A program made the position numbers and the translations under genes. Source: Octopus vulgaris (lineage: Eukaryota). From it: 64,000 nucleotides of DNA. Location of the stretch: the NCBI GenBank assembly GCA_951406725.2, contig OX597838.1:21886001-21950000 (forward strand), in the 5' to 3' direction. Below are positions 58,953-64,000 of this stretch, piece by piece. How positions within the stretch are numbered: the stretch's first letter is position 1; each line of letters begins with the position of its first letter. Under the pieces are notes generated by a model that saw only the letters and a program-made list of their open reading frames with translations, was not told where the DNA came from and did no database searches.

Positions 58953-59505
58953 TTTTGCTCTTTTACTTGTTTCAGTCATTTGACTGTGGCCATGCTGGAG
59001 CACCGCCTTTTGTCGAGCAAATCGACCCCAGGACTTATTCTTTGTAAGCCTAGTACTTATTCTGTCGGTCTCTTTTTGCCGAACTGCAAAAGTTATACGG
59101 ACGTAAACACACCAGCCTCAGTTGTCAAGCAATGTTGGGGGGGGGAACTCAGACACACAAACATATACACACACATATACACACACATACACACACACAC
59201 ACTCATATATATATACATATATACATATATACGATGGGCTTCTTTCAGTTTCCGTCTACCAAATCCACTCACAAGGCTTTGGTCGGCCCGAGGCTATGGT
59301 AGAAGACACTTGTCCAAGGTACCACGCAGGGGGATTGAACCCTTCTTCTTCTTCTTCTGTTTACAGCATTCACCGGGGTGGGTTGAGCTGGCTTCATTGA
59401 TCCTCAATGCTGCATCTCTCACAAACGCCGACCAGGCCTGGCGATTGAACCCGGAACCATGTGAATGGTAAGCATGCTACTTACCACACAGCCACTCCTG
59501 CGCCT
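58953..59505 (-). mobile_element. SINE family A, full length (a + strand 5' half lies at 58785-58945)
   Basis: Consensus match; interrupted at 59343-59442. Confidence 0.85.
59343..59442 (-). mobile_element. 100-bp 5'-truncated LINE (RTE-like) 3' end with (GAA)n tail and 10-bp TSD
   Basis: GATTGAACCC is duplicated at 59333-59342 and 59443-59452. The minus strand ends ...gtaaaca(gaa)5. Confidence 0.75.
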
Positions 59506-59858
59506 AGTTTTGTTGAGGAATCACTTACTTGAAGCTATTTTTTTGTTGAGTTATGTCAAGTTTAGTGAGTCAGCGTGAGTTGCAGAAAAATACCAATTTT
59601 AATTATTTGGTCGATGTTTAACATAATTACTAGAATAACCATGAAATTTAATTTCACGGTGAAACGGTTAAAACATTTCAATTATTTTGGCTAACACAGG
59701 CCTAGAAACACAAAATGAAAAGTCAGTCAACTCACGTCTCAAAGAGATTTGAATAACATCAAGTGGGTAGAGTTTGAATTGCTGGATGAACGAAACTGTG
59801 TGAGTTGGTGTGCCTGTCTCTGCGTACGTACGTACGTACGTATATACGAGGGGGTGCA

Positions 59859-59922
<64 letters not shown>

Positions 59923-59978
59923 TATATATATATATGCACACACAAACGTACGCAGACACACACAGAAGTATATATACA

Positions 59979-60679
59979 CGAAGGGGTGCTGAAAAGTTTC
60001 TGGCTTTAAGGATATCGTGAAAGGCCTGGTTAGAGGCCCAACCTTCTGAGTTCTTTTAGCAGGGCTTAGAAAAACTGAAGGACCACTGCAATGAGTGTGC
60101 GAATCTGATAGGGGGAATATGTTGAATAAAATCATGATTAACTGATCCTCCTGTATTTTCTTTTACTCAAAGCCAGGAATTTTCCAACACTCCCCGTATG
60201 TATGTATGTATGTATGTATGTATGTATGTATGTATGTATGTATGTATGTATGTATGTATGTATGTATGTATGTATGTATGTATGTATGTATGTATGTATA
60301 TGTATGTATGTATCAATCTGTTGATCCACAAGAAGCGTTAAATTACGGAACTCAATAGACATGAAGAGTGTTCTTTGCTGTATTATAACTGAAAAGCTCC
60401 ATTTTCTAATACCCAGTGTAGGGGAATTTGGAACCTTTCAGGTGGATGTGTGTACATCCATGTCTACGAAGGGGTACTGAAAATTTCCTAGTTTTTGGGT
60501 AAAGGAAAATACAGGAGGATCAGTTAATTATGATTTTGTTCAACATATTCCTTTCTCAGATTCACACTTATTGCAGCGGTCATTCAGTTTTTTTAAGCCC
60601 TGTAAAAGCACTCGGAGGTTTTGAGCCTCCAACCAGGCCTTTAGCGATACTCTTAAAGCCAGGAATTTTTCAGCTCTCC

Positions 60680-60727
<48 letters not shown>

Positions 60728-60988
60728 CACGGACGCACACACATACACGCACGGACACATACACATATATACAAGGAGTGCCGAATAGTTCCTGGATTTG
60801 GATAAAGGAAAATAGAGGAGGATCGGTTAATTATGATTTTATTCAACATATTTCTGTCTCAGATTCCCACACTTATTGCAGAGGTCCTTCAGTTTTTCAT
60901 AAACCCTGTAAAAGAACTCGGAAAGTTGGGCCTCCAGTCAGGCCTTACGCGATACCCTTACAGCCTAAAACTTTTCAACACGGCCTCG
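59979..60988. mobile_element. Cluster of three ~215-bp mariner-type MITEs (59979-60196, 60467-60682, 60772-60988)
   Basis: TIRs of the cgaaggggtgctgaaaagttt type and shared bodies. The first copy is inverted relative to the other two. Confidence 0.85.
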
Positions 60989-61018
60989 CGTATGTATATA
61001 TATATATATATATACATG

Positions 61019-61286
61019 ACCGACCAGTCCATCTGATGTAGTCACACATCGCTGGTCACAATGCGTTCGCATTGTTTTAGCCTTCGAATGACGCCACCCT
61101 GCTGGCTAAGCGAGCAGGCCAACAGAAGAAAGAGTGGGAGAAAGAGTGGTGAAAGAGCTGCCGGAGCCTCGTGGAGCTTTTAGGTATTTTCGCTCAATAA
61201 ACACTCACAACGCCCGGGTTGGGAATCGAAACCACGATCCTACGACCGTGAGTTCGCTGCCCTAACCACTGGGCCATTGCGCCTCC
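61019..61286 (-). mobile_element. SINE family C
   Basis: Reverse complement of 6673-6976. Confidence 0.85.
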
Positions 61287-61289
61287 CCC

Positions 61290-61326
<37 letters not shown>

Positions 61327-61327
61327 A

Positions 61328-61439
<112 letters not shown>

Positions 61440-61767
61440 GAGGTACTGTATATGTACAAGTATAAATCTTAAACGTGGTGACCTAGACATGATGCATTTG
61501 AAGGATTGAAACCGGAAGAACGCAGATAAAGAGAAATAAATAAAGTGAGACAGAGAGTGTGTGTGTGTGTGTGAGAGAGAGTGAGACAAAGTGATGGTAG
61601 AAGAGAGAGAGAGAGAAAAAGGAAAGAAAAAAAAATGGAAGTAGAGAAGTAAAAACAAGACGAAGAAAAAGAAGAAAATAATAAGAGGAGGACGAAAACG
61701 AAGATGATGATGATGATGATGAACGAAAGAGAAAAACACAGTCGTAGTAGTAATAGTAGTGGTAGTT

Positions 61768-61819
<52 letters not shown>

Positions 61820-61984
61820 CAGAAGCAGCAGTAGTAGTAGTAGTAATAGTAGCAGCAGAAGCAGCAGTAGTATTCGTAGTAGTAGTATTCGTAGTAGTAA
61901 TAGTAGTAGTAGTAGTAGGTAGAAGAAAAAGAACTAGAAGAAAAAGAAGGAAAGAAGAAGAGAAAGAGGAAGAACGACAAGACA

Positions 61985-62210
<226 letters not shown>

Positions 62211-63069
62211 ATGGAAACCAAATAACTCTGCAACAACAAAAGGAAGCGGTAAACGTGCTATTTCATCTTGGTAAAGTGTGAGGACAAAAGTTTTGCTAAA
62301 ACAAATAACACCTGCTTAATTAAATAATCAAACTAATTATTAATTATTTAATTAGCGGTTTCTCCATTCATTGAAAATCAGCTTCTTTGTAAATTAAAAA
62401 TCGTTAGAGAGTAGAACTTTCCCAGAGCAAAATCCGGTGTGACAAGATCAAGTGTGTAGCATCACTGATGTTTAGTGGAGGTCAGACATGACACATCGTA
62501 ATTAAGATCAAAAACAGATGAACCGACTCGGGTAGTTCAAGTTTTTTGTGTTTTGTGCTTTTGTGTGTGTGTGTTTGTATATCCATATGTAACGGTTTCA
62601 ACATCTGGCAGCGGCTCGGGAATTTCGGTGTTGAGGGGCAAAGAAGAAGGAAAAGAAGGAGAGGAGGAAGAAGGAGAGGGGGAGAAGAAGAAGAAGAAGA
62701 AGAAGAAGAAGAAGAAGAAGAAGAAGAAGGAGGAGGAGGAGGATAATTGAAGAAGAAGAAGAAGAAGAAAAAAGAGGAGGAAGAAGAAGGAGGAAGAGAA
62801 GGAGGAGAAGGAAAAGAAGGGGAGGTAGAAGAAGAAGAAGAAGAAGAAGAAGAAGAAAAAGAAAAAGAGGAGGAAGAAGAAGGAGGAAGAGAAGGAGGAG
62901 AAGGAAAAGAAGGGGAGGTAGAAGAAGAAGAAAGAGAAGTGGAGGAAGAAGAAGAAAAAGAAGAAAAGGAAGAAATAGAAGAGGAAGAATTAGAAGACGA
63001 AAAAGGAGGTGGACGAAGAAGTAAAAAGATAAAGATGATGATGAACGAAAAAGAATAACACAATAGTAA

Positions 63070-63126
<57 letters not shown>

Positions 63127-63189
63127 CAGCAGCAGCAGTTTCTGTTTGCCGTATTGTTGGTGAGTTTTTCTGGCAAAGAAAAATTTAAC

Positions 63190-63335
63190 ATGTATCATGA
63201 TTTCATATTCTTGATTACTCCTGAATTCGCAATCCGAATGCAGGTAGGAGTTTCTGTCTATGAATTTGAATGTCTTTAAATAAAAAATATCAGTAATTAA
63301 ATTTTTATCCATTTTCTTCATCTTATTTAAAAACG
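63190..63335 (-). pseudogene. Possible PLE reverse-transcriptase thumb remnant
   Basis: FLNKMKKMDKNLITDIFYLKT...SYLHSD resembles the T.+Y.K.T....YL...S.HP motif of PLE RTs. Confidence 0.35.
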
Positions 63336-63484
63336 CTTCGGTGATAACCTAATATACTTGGTTCACTCCGAATGCTGGTATAAGCCAGGGAACTAGGATC
63401 CTCGCATCCCTTAAGGGTCTTAAGTTCCTTGACCAATTAAATGAAATATGTGTGTACGTGTGTGTGTGTGTGTGTTCTCTTGTT

Positions 63485-63918
63485 CTTTTATTATATTTGT
63501 TTCAGTCATTTGACTGCGGCCATGCTGGAGCACCGCATTTAGTCGAGCAAATCGATCCCAGGACTTATTCTTTGTAAGCCTAGTAATTATTCTATCGGTC
63601 TCTTTTGTCGAACCGCTACTATACGGGGAAGTAAACACACCAGCATCGGTTGTCAAGCAATTTTGGTGGGGCAAACACAGACACACAAACACACATACAC
63701 ACACACATACAAACACACACACACACACACACACAATACACACACACATATATACGACAGTCTTCTTTCAGTTTCCGCCCACCAAATCCACTCACAAGGC
63801 TTTGGTCGGCCAGAGGTTATAGTAGAAGACACTTGCCCAAGTTGTCATGCAGTGGGACTGAACCCAGGACCCTGTGACTGAGAAGTAAGCTACTTGCCAC
63901 ACAGCCACTCCTGTGCCT
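63485..63918 (-). mobile_element. SINE family A, full length
   Basis: Consensus match. Confidence 0.9.
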
Positions 63919-64000
63919 ATATGTATATGTATGTGTATATATATGTATATATGTATACACAAATGTCTGTGTGTGCGTACGTATTTATGCGTAGTAAATG

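Noticed and set aside
62482-63058. Glu/Lys-rich or Ser/Pro-rich protein exon
   Set aside because: It is a (GAA/GGA)n purine tract with a ~90-bp local duplication, and there is no splice or homology support.

Overview
Eukaryotic, AT-rich, extremely microsatellite-dense non-coding DNA (intron or intergenic). The repeat families resemble those of octopus/coleoid cephalopods; this host assignment is my inference from recognising the repeats. I found no convincing host protein-coding exon, and nearly all ORFs in the track are translated microsatellites. The window holds at least four tRNA-derived SINE families, Tc1/mariner relics and MITEs, a non-autonomous Helitron, LINE fragments (CR1/L2-like RT, R4/Dong-like RLE, RTE-like tail), Penelope-like (GIY-YIG) elements and a tRNA-Glu pseudogene. 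The most notable signal is an abundance of hammerhead-ribozyme (HHR) motifs. One is a diverged head-to-tail array of ~315-bp monomers at 39.1-40.8 kb, each carrying a minus-strand type I hammerhead, which is a non-LTR retrozyme/circRNA-like architecture. Another is a two-copy minimal hammerhead with a compensatory A3-U8 core in place of C3-G8. Several more HHR motifs sit in elements embedded in (TA)n. All structures were folded by eye and none has been tested for activity.
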